The notes under the pieces were generated by a model that saw only the letters and a program-made list of their open reading frames with translations, was not told where the DNA came from and made no database searches. The position numbers and the translations under genes were made by a program. A DNA stretch of 61,616 bases, filler included, from Stramenopiles sp. TOSAG23-3 (taxonomy: Eukaryota), in assembly GCA_900128585.1 (NCBI GenBank). It is 6 parts of 6 records of this genome, joined end to end, with 100 filler letters (N's around TTAATTAATTAA, not from the genome) between each part and the next. Parts side by side here need not be neighbours in the genome. Positions count along the whole stretch, not along the records: positions 37,222 to 55,619 come from LT642427.1; positions 55,720 to 57,619 come from LT645260.1; positions 57,720 to 59,618 come from LT645261.1; positions 59,719 to 61,616 come from LT645262.1; 2 more parts are not named here. One strand, written 5' to 3'. Below are positions 51,631-61,616 of the stretch, piece by piece; position 1 is the first letter of the stretch, and each line of letters begins with the position of its first letter.

Positions 51631-52056
51631 CTACGCCTTGCTACCACCTCTGCATTTTGGGCTGGGCTTGATTTCATTGGATTTCCCCCATTGCTCTGGG
51701 GTCTTTGCAACAATGGACAACGCATGGACCCCGCCCGCCAGCTCGTCCCCCAACACCTTGTTCACCGCTTGGTGCCTCTTCAAAAGTTTCACCTCGTCAA
51801 AGTCGGTACTGATAACGACGACTTTGAAGTGAGTTTCGCTGTTTCGCGGCACATTGTGCATGTGGCTTTCATTGAGAATCTCTAAGTGTGTGGGCGAAAA
51901 CGCCTTGGTAAGCTTTTCGCGAATTGACCGTTCGATCGGAAAGTCAATTTCCCCTTGACCCGAAATGGCCGCGGTCGACATTCCTTGAAACCCGAAACGG
52001 CTACTGCTGTACGATTTCCTCCTTACGATGGCTTTGCCCAGCTTTCGAAGGAACAT
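51631..52056 (-). CDS. BOLA1: BolA family protein (BolA1-like) with a mitochondrial-type presequence
   Basis: NESHMH, SETHFKV, RHQAV, GVHAL, SPKCRGG; R/K/S-rich N-terminus. Confidence 0.92.
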   Translation of the reverse strand: MFLRKLGKAIVRRKSYSSSRFGFQGMSTAAISGQGEIDFPIERSIREKLTKAFSPTHLEILNESHMHNVPRNSETHFKVVVISTDFDEVKLLKRHQAVNKVLGDELAGGVHALSIVAKTPEQWGKSNEIKPSPKCRGGSKA

Positions 52057-52906
52057 AAGTGTTGAAAAAGAAAAACGAACGTGAGAAAAACGCTCAACAC
52101 TTAATGAATACGTTCATGCGATTCTACTGCAACACATAAGGAATCTATTTTATATTAGAAGAGAGACAGAAACACTTAAATATTATCTGTTGAATGATTT
52201 GAACACTGTCACTAAAAAATATTAAAAAAAAAAAAAAAAAAAAAAAGAGGAAGAAGGGCGCTGCTGCTGCAACAACAAGAAGAAGTACAACAAGTATTAA
52301 AAAATATTATATTAATATTTACCGTACTACTATTATAGACCCACCGGTAGCAAGAAAGAAAAAAGAAGAAAACTTTTTTTTTTAAAAATAAATTATAAAT
52401 ACCTTCTTCTTCTTCTTCTTCTATTATTCTTCGGGTCTGTGCCCGTCGCATTGTCAATGCTATTTACCAAGTATTATTATTATATTATTTTATAGACCTT
52501 TTTTTACTAAAAATGTTATTCTTTTTTTTTATGAATGAATAGACTAATTGTTTTTTTATTATTTTATTTCATTATAAAATAAATATGAAAACCGTTATGA
52601 TTGATGTATATGAACTATATTTTTACACTGGGAAAAAAAATGCGAGCGAGAGTTTAGTATGATGATATGATGATTCGTAGATGATCGTAGAATAATAATA
52701 TTATTTATTGTATTACCGATAGTCATCCATCGTCCCCGAGAAGAATGAAAATTATTATTTTACATTTACTTTACATCGCAAGCGATGAGAGTTTTACTGC
52801 ATTTGATCAATTAATCTGACCGATTGTATATCCCTCCGAATCCGAGGAGAGAGGATATCCATTTGGTTCGAGTTGAGAATTCGACACGGGGGAAAAAAGG
52901 CACCAG

Positions 52907-54010
52907 ATGAGTTCATTGAAGGGAGTTTTAAAATTGAACAAAGAGCAGTACAATGATGATCAAGAGAGGAAACGGAGGCACACCTTTGCAATCGGGGATT
53001 TGGTGAGCATCGCGCCGCACACCAAGCGCCCTAAATCGGGATGGAAGAGTCGAAAGGGAGAAGTGGGAACAGTTGTCACAATTTTATCACACTTGGACGA
53101 CCCTGCCGTTTACATCGAGTTCCCCAGGTTTCAGGACAAATTTAGAACCCACGAGCTGGTGCACGTTAGAGACGTCAATCGCAAAGAGTATTTTGAGACG
53201 GCCAAGTTTTTGCACCGAGCAATGCGGTACGAAGATTGTCTGGGAAACGTAGAGGCCGGGGCGTGCATCGTCCAGGGAAAAGACCTCTCAGTTTGTGAGC
53301 GAAGCATGCTGTCCAAGGCTTTCAAAGCCGTCTTTAGAACGTACGAAAAAAGCGCAAATGCCTTGCTCGCCGTTGCCGCGAAGACGTACGAGGAGGGGAA
53401 GCGCAGGGTTATTGCAAAGTACCTGTTGGAGGTTACCGAGGAATACATGGCCCGTATTGAAGAGTCGATATTCTTGATCGAAAAAGTGCTTCTCCCGAAC
53501 GCCCACAGGACGCACAATTCAGTGAACATTGTGTTTTTGTACAAGATAAAAGGAGATATGTTGCGGCGGATTCACAAGTTCTACCCCCCGGGCAATCCCC
53601 GGGGAAAGATACAGAGGCGGTCGCACAAAGCTTACATGTACGGTCTGCGACTTGCGAAAAGGGGGGAAAAGAGTTTGTGCGGGCCATTAGACTGCGCAAA
53701 TGCGATTCGGCTCAGTATTGCATTGAATTTTTCAGTATACCTGCACGACATTGAGAAATCCCCTCAGCGCGCCATCGGGCACACGAAGAAAGCTTTTGAC
53801 GACGCCACGTCAACGGTGGAGTTTTTGCCAGAGCGCGAGTACAAAAATAGCATGGCGATCATGTCTCAGATGAGGGATAATTTAGACAGGTGGACGAACC
53901 AGATTGTTCAAGAGAGCTCGTTTCAAACTGTGCTTTGGAGCAACGATGCAACAGGGGACCGTAAAGTTGGTGTGCTCGAAGGAGGAGACAGTGGGTTTGT
54001 CTGGGAGTAG
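52907..54010 (+). CDS. Divergent 14-3-3-like protein with an N-terminal KOW/SH3-like extension
   Basis: DLSVCERSMLS.AFK, KIKGD..R, IRLSIALNFS, KKAFDDA, YKNSMAIM.QMRDNL..W; N-terminal FAIGDLV...GEVGTV. Confidence 0.88.
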   Translation: MSSLKGVLKLNKEQYNDDQERKRRHTFAIGDLVSIAPHTKRPKSGWKSRKGEVGTVVTILSHLDDPAVYIEFPRFQDKFRTHELVHVRDVNRKEYFETAKFLHRAMRYEDCLGNVEAGACIVQGKDLSVCERSMLSKAFKAVFRTYEKSANALLAVAAKTYEEGKRRVIAKYLLEVTEEYMARIEESIFLIEKVLLPNAHRTHNSVNIVFLYKIKGDMLRRIHKFYPPGNPRGKIQRRSHKAYMYGLRLAKRGEKSLCGPLDCANAIRLSIALNFSVYLHDIEKSPQRAIGHTKKAFDDATSTVEFLPEREYKNSMAIMSQMRDNLDRWTNQIVQESSFQTVLWSNDATGDRKVGVLEGGDSGFVWE

Positions 54011-54164
54011 TGAGTAAGTGCGCACGAATAATTAAATTAAACCAGGGAGGGGGGAAGACTACCACTGTTCGTACATTTTAACGCTTTTAGTCACACTTAC
54101 ACTACACTTCTAAAGAACAGCCATTTCTTTTGTTCTTAGCCACACACTTATACACACGATTTAA

Positions 54165-55169
54165 TCAAAAGAACTGATCCCCTTCAAAACCAGGCATTCT
54201 CATGTGGTCATTGTCGGGGGCCCCAAACGTTGGCCCTCTACGGCCGCCCCTCGGGCCGCCAAAAGGCTGCGGGACCCCTGGTCCAAAGGGGTCAAATTTT
54301 GCGCCAGGCGGAACACCAGGGGGCCGCACTCCCCCAATTCCGGAGTAAAAAGGATTATCGGGGTTGGCGGGTCGCCGGTTTTGAAACATGGGGTGTCCTG
54401 GCCCGACGAGGCTCCCGCCCCCGCGGCTTTGTCCGGGAAAGACGGGCCGAGGCGTTAGGTTTGGGCCGAGGTCATCGTGCCCCACGCTCGTGGCCGGAAA
54501 CGCCGGGGCCCCTCGACCCGCCGGGGCACCCTGCCTTTCGAAGACAGGCTCGGGATTTTGCCGTTCTACTTGAGGCCCAGGGCGTTTCTTGCTCGAAGTG
54601 GTTTTCGAGTCTTGTAATGCAACACTCTTTACCTGCAAGGAGGCACTCTTCTTCTTCTTCGGCTCTCGGCCCAAGAGAGGGGAGAGCATGTTCACATCTA
54701 CCAAATCACGCAGCGGGGCAACTCTGTCTACGGCATCTTCGACTTTCTTCGCATATTCTAGGGTGCCCTGAACATCGTTTGAGGCCTTCCACACGCCCTC
54801 TTTAGGCAGCTTAGTCGGTACAACGAAGTCGTCCACGGCCATTTCAAAATCGTGCATAACCTTAGAGCCTTGCGCGGTCGCGTGGAACGCCAACATACCG
54901 TCCACGGCGATGGCTTTAAGAACAACCCGGGTGCCGTTAATTTGAGCGTGGGTGTAGGAAAAAGAGTAATTAACCCCGTCTTTGCCTTTCCAATCGTTCG
55001 GTAATGCACCACTGGCGCACTGACACACAAAACCGTTCTGGACAAAAAGCGTATGAACAACCAAGACCAACAAATCGGTGCGCGCAGCAATACGCGAGCT
55101 CATTGCAGCGACAGTGGGGGCAACGCCTTCGTCCTTGAAGACACACCCGCCGCGGGGGACGCTGACCAT
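54165..55169 (-). CDS. PSMF1: Proteasome inhibitor PI31
   Basis: FP domain (VH....NGF...LP.DW...YSFSY), VGHDDL.P, VGPGHP.F, VPPGAKFDPFGP, PDNDH..MP; start ATG at 55169 or 55103. Confidence 0.92.
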   Translation of the reverse strand: MVSVPRGGCVFKDEGVAPTVAAMSSRIAARTDLLVLVVHTLFVQNGFVCQCASGALPNDWKGKDGVNYSFSYTHAQINGTRVVLKAIAVDGMLAFHATAQGSKVMHDFEMAVDDFVVPTKLPKEGVWKASNDVQGTLEYAKKVEDAVDRVAPLRDLVDVNMLSPLLGREPKKKKSASLQVKSVALQDSKTTSSKKRPGPQVERQNPEPVFERQGAPAGRGAPAFPATSVGHDDLGPNLTPRPVFPGQSRGGGSLVGPGHPMFQNRRPANPDNPFYSGIGGVRPPGVPPGAKFDPFGPGVPQPFGGPRGGRRGPTFGAPDNDHMRMPGFEGDQFF

Positions 55170-55619
55170 CGCCAGTACTATACAAGACCTTTCTAGCTCA
55201 TCCAACAACCTGCTTTTTAGAAACCCAGCGGGAATTTTCTATCTGGTTTGCATCTTCCAACGCTGGATCGCCCCCTAGAAGCTCAAACCCGTCAGCGGTC
55301 GCAAAAGAGGACATGCTTATTGCTGGTTTACAAAAGTATAACACGCACACTCAAAGTTTATATACACCTAATTTATTCACACAGTAACTCTTTCTGTTTC
55401 TACTCTCTTCTTTACATAAAAAAGATGAAATCCAGAAGTTAACTTCAATTTATGTAATTACAATCTTCTTCTCTCAATTCTTCTTTCCATTTCTTCTTTC
55501 GTTCCATTTCTTCTTAGTTAGTAGTATATTATAGTTTTTTTAGAGCTTTTTTAGTTATACCTGAATGTGGTGGTAACTAACAAACAAGAAGAAGGCTCCT
55601 CCACCATATCATCCTTCAA

Positions 55620-55719
55620 NNNNNNNNNNNNNNNNNNNNNNNNNNNNNNNNNNNNNNNNNNNNTTAATTAATTAANNNNNNNNNNNNNNNNNNNNNNNNN
55701 NNNNNNNNNNNNNNNNNNN
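55620..55719. other. Artificial contig linker
   Basis: N44-TTAATTAATTAA-N44. Confidence 0.98.
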
Positions 55720-55727
55720 GATAGACC

Positions 55728-56831
55728 ATGGAGAGTCTACCCTTGGCGTCGTTCGAATGGTTGACAGAGAACGAACTTTTGGTCCCAAAAATCAAACGCT
55801 CCTTGTTCGGTGCTAAGGGGGTAGACGCTCGTTCCAGGGAAGGGGCAAAGTTTGACAAATGCACCATTGTGGATGTTGGGTGCGGAACGTCTACCCTTAC
55901 GGTGGACCTGTTTCCCATTCTCCAGGGTAAACTATCGAAGAGTGTCCGGGTGTTTAACTTGGACGTTCAGGGGGAGACGATCGAATTGCTGAAGAAAGCA
56001 AACCGAAACGAGCGCATACATTGGTGCAAGTCTGATCTATCCCAGCGAAATGGAATTGTTGGCATACTAAGAGAAAAGGACGACCCCCTTGGCCCAAGAT
56101 CGATTCTGCTTGTAGTAGATAAAGGCACATTAGATTTTATGATTGCGTCTCCACCAGTCGAAGAAAGGACTGCGAAACCGTGTAGACCCTATTTGGGTGC
56201 GGCGACCTTGTTGGAAAACGTACACGCTGCGTTTTGGTATTACTGCGGTGGTGGTGATTCGGGAAATTTTCCCAGCAATGAAGCAGTCTATTTTTTGGTG
56301 TCGTACCACGAACCGTCGTTTTTGTACCCAATACTGTCCCTTGTGTTTGAGCAGGTCGAGGTTGGTCGTTTGGACAGAGTGGCTTCAGACCACCGAAAAA
56401 CCAGTGCGGGTGAGAACGCTGGCGGGCCGTTCAATCCTGACTTTGTCTATAGTTATGCTTGCCGTCGTGCGCAAACGTCTCTCTTTCGCGAAGAACGGCC
56501 GTCATCAACAGGAGGAGATCCCAGAGAGGCAATTAGAAATAAAATCGAAGCAACGGTCGACGAATATTACAAACGTGTGTGTCCCTTGTTGAACGCTAAA
56601 GAAGAGTGCCGGCTCCGGGGAATATGGGGAGACCGTTTATTGGGGTTGGACGAAGCTTACGAAGTTTTGTTCGATGACAATGTCAAGAGTATGTACACAA
56701 TGGAGGATTTTCTCGGAGATTTGAACGATTATTTATTATGTAACAAAAATAAAAGTGATAAGGGTGGCAACGAACCGCCCAACGCTTTATCCCTCAATGA
56801 TGCGAAACAGTTTTTGACCCAAATGCAGTAA
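55728..56831 (+). CDS. Class I SAM-dependent methyltransferase (METTL13/EEF1AKMT4/METTL12-like)
   Basis: FEW, motif I IVDVGCGTS, VVDKGTLD; may be 5'-truncated at the contig edge. Confidence 0.85.
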   Translation: MESLPLASFEWLTENELLVPKIKRSLFGAKGVDARSREGAKFDKCTIVDVGCGTSTLTVDLFPILQGKLSKSVRVFNLDVQGETIELLKKANRNERIHWCKSDLSQRNGIVGILREKDDPLGPRSILLVVDKGTLDFMIASPPVEERTAKPCRPYLGAATLLENVHAAFWYYCGGGDSGNFPSNEAVYFLVSYHEPSFLYPILSLVFEQVEVGRLDRVASDHRKTSAGENAGGPFNPDFVYSYACRRAQTSLFREERPSSTGGDPREAIRNKIEATVDEYYKRVCPLLNAKEECRLRGIWGDRLLGLDEAYEVLFDDNVKSMYTMEDFLGDLNDYLLCNKNKSDKGGNEPPNALSLNDAKQFLTQMQ

Positions 56832-57619
56832 ATTGAAAAACAGGTCGTGTGCGTTTAGCTTAACGCGACAACCCCTTTATTACATTTAAAAAAACAAATT
56901 GTATATAGTATGTTTTAATTAGTCAAAAAAGAAAAGAAAAAAGAAGGTAAAACCACCGTTCAAGAACCTTAACTACTCCTTGTTCTGGTATTCATCATTT
57001 CAAACTATCATACAATTGTTTGATTAACATTATATAACATACTATATATAATTTGTCATATGATATTATGATATTTAAAGTCCATCTATTGACTAGTGAA
57101 ACCACAAGAGCTAATATCCAAACTAACTTTTTCTATTCCCACGTATAATACTGGTACGAGGAGTATATTCTTCTTCTGTTGGAATTTTGTTTGTTTTTCT
57201 TGTGCTGAATCGAATATAATATTTTTTTTTGTGCTGAAGCAATCATCCCCGCTGAAACAATTTATTAGATGCTGCTGTGTAATGTTATTAATAATTTGAT
57301 TCGGCGCGTGCGTGTTGGATCTTTTGGATTAAAATAATAATATTAACTTTTCTTTTTTTTTTTGGATACAAAAAATAATAATTTAGACTGTATATATAGC
57401 ATAGGATAAAGAAAAAGAAGAAAAAAGATTTTAAAACAATTTTAAAAGGAAGATTAATTTAATAAGGAGACAGGACTATAATAATAAATAATAGGAGGAT
57501 GATCCTGGCTGGCTGGTGGAGGATGGTGGCGGTGGATGGTGCGGATTGTTGGTTGGTTGTTTGCCAACCGCGAGTAGAGTACCAGCAAAGTGTTGTTCGC
57601 AGCCATAACTTATTGTGTA

Positions 57620-57719
57620 NNNNNNNNNNNNNNNNNNNNNNNNNNNNNNNNNNNNNNNNNNNNTTAATTAATTAANNNNNNNNNNNNNNNNNNNNNNNNN
57701 NNNNNNNNNNNNNNNNNNN
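57620..57719. other. Artificial contig linker
   Basis: N44-TTAATTAATTAA-N44. Confidence 0.98.
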
Positions 57720-59498
57720 CGAGCGTCCCCCTGCATGGCCACCTGGATCGCCTCCATGTACGACCGGCGCGCGGCGGACACGACGCGAAGGTTCGCCCAC
57801 CACTTTGAAGTTGTGTCGGGCTAAATGCCAACGATTTGCATGCGATTGAATATTATTGTTCAGACTTTGTAGCACAAAACCAGAATTGTGGTTCTCTTTT
57901 TCATCCCCAATGAAAATCACGTCAACTGTGCTTGACATCGGTCCTATCATTTTGAAGAGGACGTCCTTGTCTTCTTCAGTCCATGTCTTCGCAAAATAGC
58001 TCAGAAAATGCAAGCTACCAGGAGAAGTAAACGATTTGTGTTCAGGTTCACTGAATCCACACGTACTGCAATAGTGAGCTTCAGCAGTTCTACTCTGTCG
58101 ATACAGATTCTCATCCTTTGTGCATTTACTCCCAGACTTACAACAAGCAGATAAAAATTTGGGGTATGAGAGCGCAGACGAATCTTTGGTGACCATTACG
58201 TTGAACGCACAATCAACGGGAGATGTTGAAATGCTATCTTTGTTCGCAATGGATAGAAGTTTATCAAATTCCGCCCATGCTTTATTGCACTGCTCACCAC
58301 TGCTCATACCATACTGTTTCAGATTTTGCATCTCAAAGCCGTAGCATGATGCTTTTGGAAACGTTATCCTGTTGTTGCGCATTTGGTCCATGCAGCTTGC
58401 CCCTGCGTCCCCGACAATAATATTAACAGCATCGTTGGCTATCGCGATTGCCTGAAAATGTTTATGGAGAAGAAAAGCACTTTCTATGGAAAGGGTACCA
58501 CTACAGCCCAAACCTGGGGTATTCACAAGCTTTTCCCAATTTGGATTCCATTGTTTAGTGTACTTATCAATGTAGCGTCTTGTTTGTTTGTATTCCACTT
58601 TAAGATCTGCTTCCCACTGCAAGTAACTGTTCAAATATTCATTTTCCTGGGCTACTCTTGCATCGTAAAGAAGCCGTTTCCTCCTTTTCTGTGACTGGCG
58701 TTCTGCACGTTCTTTGTTGAGTTTATCTTGAACTGGGGTTGTTGTAGAAAATTTCCGTTTACTTCGAACAGAATTCCGTTTACTTTGAACATGAACAGGT
58801 GACAAAAGCGAACCCACAACTGTGTCTTGTCGCTGCTGTTTATAGGACTGGGATATGAAGCTTCCGTTGGGCACAATGCACAAATGTTTAGGAAATGCAA
58901 CATTCAGCTGAACGCAGTTCCAAAGAATATTAAAAAGAAGGTAGTATATGCGATGGCTGACAGTTCCCCTTGAGATATATTTATTCAAATCAGTTTCACG
59001 CTTGGGCGCCTCTATTGTTTTCAAAGTGGCTATCATTAATCTATCGCCTTCGTTAGCTAGCGGTAAAACTATCTTATCAACATAGTCTGACCACGACAGC
59101 CCGAATGCTTGCCAAGCCTGGGGGTTCAGAAGTGCTGAATGGTACTGGCCGTTGTTATAGTCAACTCTTTGGCAATGGTAAAATTTGTTTCTAACATTTT
59201 TTCCTAGCACGGTTCTAAGAAAGCCGTTGATATGATCTGTATCATAAACAACGGTTTCATTATTGTAAACCCTGAGCAGATTAAAAGAGTCGCGATAGTT
59301 TCTTTTGCACTTGCTACAGCAAAACGACGTTGCAGTTGCAGGTTCACTGCAACCAACACACTGTCCACCAATTGCTGCCCTAGTTGTTGCTTCCATCGGG
59401 ATAATTCTTTCTTGCTGCCTCCCAGCAGGAGTACCTCTACCACGACTTGGAGCGGGCGAATATGCCCGACAGGAGGAGGAAGGTCCTGAGGTATTCAT
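57720..59498 (-). CDS. 3'-truncated hypothetical protein with Cys clusters and a possible degenerate methyltransferase fold
   Basis: About 590 open codons running into the gap; CVGC..FCCSKC; IIVGDAGAS...CYGFE. Confidence 0.6.
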
Positions 59499-59618
59499 CA
59501 AAATTGTGTACCGCGTGTATACTCCCACAACGGCCTTTTCATGGGCTTCCAGCCGGTGCTCAATTCGTACTTCTGGGCCATAAATTGGAGCTCTGGCACT
59601 ACTACAGTACACTATTAA

Positions 59619-59718
59619 NNNNNNNNNNNNNNNNNNNNNNNNNNNNNNNNNNNNNNNNNNNNTTAATTAATTAANNNNNNNNNNNNNNNNNNNNNNNNNN
59701 NNNNNNNNNNNNNNNNNN
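59619..59718. other. Artificial contig linker
   Basis: N44-TTAATTAATTAA-N44. Confidence 0.98.
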
Positions 59719-61616
59719 ATGATCGGGGAGGCGTTTCTGGCCGTTGCGGGCGAGCTGAACGCGGCTTTTCGTTCTGGGGACGCCCCCTCCTCTGCCGCCC
59801 CCCCGCCCTGCTGCCTGGTGTACATTTACCCGAACGCCAAGCGGCTGGTCTGGCAGCAGCGCCTGCTGTCGAAAGTGCTGAGCGCGGCGCGGAACGGCCG
59901 CGACACCTTCTACTGCACCAACCGCTTCTGGGGCATGCGGGAGGCCTGCCAAAAGTCCAACACGGAGCGCTGGGTCCGGCTCTTCGAGTCGTTCTGCGAC
60001 CCCCCCGCCCGCGTCGCCCGCCCGGAGACCTACCTCTTCCCGGAGGAGGTGGGGCAGTTCAACCGGGAGTCCAAGCAGTACGCCTCGAGGTCGTACATTC
60101 TGAAGCCGGACGACCAGAGCTGCGGGCGGGGGATTTCCCTGGCGCTGGACCGGAGCGAGGCCATCCGGCTCGGGTTTCAGAGCAACGCGGTCGGGAAGCG
60201 GGGGGAGGACGTTGTCGTCCAAGAGTACGTGGACAACCCGCTCCTCTTTCGGGGGCGAAAGTTTGACCTCAGGCTGTACGTGGTCATCACCGGCGTGCGG
60301 AACAACCAGCTGCAGTACGCCTACGAGCGGGAGTGGTGCTTCGCGAGGATCGCGGGGGCGAAGTACGCCAAGCCGACACGGTTGAACGCGGGAAACCTTC
60401 GCGTGCACTTGTCGAACACGACCTTGGCCGAGGACAAGGAGGCCGCGAAGCAGAGCGCCGAGGCCGTCCTGGAGACCATTGCGGAGGAGCAACTGAAGGG
60501 GCGGTACGGGGTGGACCTGGAGGGGTGGGAGGAGGGGGGGTGGCGGCGGCGGCGACGGGGGGGCGCTTCGAAGTTCGGCCCGGGCGACGAAGACCCCCCC
60601 CGATGGACGTGCCCCTCCTGCAAGAACAAGAACAGCTACCTGTGGGCGGCAACGGAGCAGTGCAAGCGGTGCAGACGGCCGAACCCGGCCTGCTTCGGGG
60701 AGAACGCGTTCGACGTGGAGGCCATGTGGGAGAAGGTGGAGGACGTGCTGTACCCGACCCTTCACGCGATCGCGCCGGGCGTCGCGCTCCACTACCAGAA
60801 CCTTTTCCCCCTCGACGAGGGGGGCGGCGCGGACCACTGCTTCCAAGTCCTCGGGTTCGACGTGATGGTCACACAGGACAGGGCGTGGCTGATCGAGGTG
60901 AACCCGAACGCGTCGTTCGCGCTGGAAACGCCGCTGGACAAGGCCATCAAGCTGGACGTCGTGCGGGAAGCGTTTCGCTCCAAGACGGTCCCCAAGTACA
61001 GGTGCACTTCCGCGTTCGACGCCGTCTCCCCGTCCTTCAAGTTCGCGCAGCGGTTCGTGAACAACTGCTACGCCCTGTACTCCATTTTTACCTCCCAGGC
61101 GCTGAAGAAGCCGTCGAGCGAGCTCCGGCCAATGGGGCGGGGCATCAGCCGTCGGATGCGGCGCCGGATCGCCGAGGAGTTCGCGGGCAGGCTCCCGAAG
61201 GCCTGCATCGACGCGCTGGGGGAGGACATATTCCCCGACCCCGTGCTTTTTTACACGTTTTTGGAGGGCATGAAAAAGTGCCGGCAGCACCTTGAGCGGG
61301 ACGGAAAGGGGCGGACGGAGGCCATGGCCCTGTTGGGGCAAATCCTTGCCGCCCTGACGCAGCTCAACGACGAGATCGCTATCGGGGAGAACGGGTGCGG
61401 GCTGTCCCTGTCCCAGTCCCTGTCCTCGTCGTTGACCGTTCAGAAACCCAAGGCGCTCGAGGTGACCAAGCTGGGGTGGCCCCTGCGAAAGGACATGGGC
61501 AGGAAGCCTTCGCCACGTGTCAAATCGGTGAAGGGCCTCAGCAACTTGGAGCGCCACAAGGGGGGCGAAGGGGCGGGGGGTAGCAGCAGCAGCAGCAGCA
61601 GCGGTCGAAAGAAAGG
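59719..61616 (+). CDS. Partial tubulin-tyrosine-ligase-like protein (polyglutamylase type)
   Basis: Own translation, open across the whole contig: PETYLFP, YILKPDDQSCGRGI, VVQEYVDNPLL..GRKFDLRLYV, HLSN, CFQVLGFDVM, WLIEVNPNASF; not in the ORF track. Confidence 0.93.
   Translation, partial: MIGEAFLAVAGELNAAFRSGDAPSSAAPPPCCLVYIYPNAKRLVWQQRLLSKVLSAARNGRDTFYCTNRFWGMREACQKSNTERWVRLFESFCDPPARVARPETYLFPEEVGQFNRESKQYASRSYILKPDDQSCGRGISLALDRSEAIRLGFQSNAVGKRGEDVVVQEYVDNPLLFRGRKFDLRLYVVITGVRNNQLQYAYEREWCFARIAGAKYAKPTRLNAGNLRVHLSNTTLAEDKEAAKQSAEAVLETIAEEQLKGRYGVDLEGWEEGGWRRRRRGGASKFGPGDEDPPRWTCPSCKNKNSYLWAATEQCKRCRRPNPACFGENAFDVEAMWEKVEDVLYPTLHAIAPGVALHYQNLFPLDEGGGADHCFQVLGFDVMVTQDRAWLIEVNPNASFALETPLDKAIKLDVVREAFRSKTVPKYRCTSAFDAVSPSFKFAQRFVNNCYALYSIFTSQALKKPSSELRPMGRGISRRMRRRIAEEFAGRLPKACIDALGEDIFPDPVLFYTFLEGMKKCRQHLERDGKGRTEAMALLGQILAALTQLNDEIAIGENGCGLSLSQSLSSSLTVQKPKALEVTKLGWPLRKDMGRKPSPRVKSVKGLSNLERHKGGEGAGGSSSSSSSGRKK

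Noticed and set aside
59671-61557. 628-aa minus-strand ORF (and the 320-aa ORF at 60333-61295)
   Set aside because: Shadow ORFs of the GC-rich TTLL gene encoded on the plus strand from 59719

Overview
Gene-dense, almost intron-free nuclear DNA from a unicellular eukaryote (stramenopile-like, by inference), with GC-moderate CDSs and AT-rich, microsatellite-laden intergenic DNA. The window is an artificial concatenation of six contigs joined by 100-nt N44-TTAATTAATTAA-N44 linkers, so gene order across gaps is meaningless. Recognisable genes: Mpv17/PMP22 protein, ankyrin protein, RRM/RGG protein, RPL38 (spliced, missing from the ORF track), AMMECR1, CAMK-type kinase, an intronless 3275-aa ATM, PARN, an AFG2/CDC48-type AAA ATPase, UMP-CMP kinase, tandem-GAF protein, CacyBP, 14-3-3, BolA, PI31, a methyltransferase and a partial TTLL (also missing from the track). 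Most notable observations: (1) a UMP-CMP kinase inserted inside a split DUF4286-like domain; (2) two coiled-coil ORFs joined by a canonical C_CCA_AAC -1 slippery heptamer; (3) a family of tiny T-tailed insertions flanked by 8-15 bp duplications; (4) a 14-3-3 paralogue with a rewired phosphate pocket; (5) a CaaX-ended PARN; (6) a zinc finger inserted in the TTLL domain; (7) decayed Ty1/copia fragments. All family calls come from motif recognition, not database searches.
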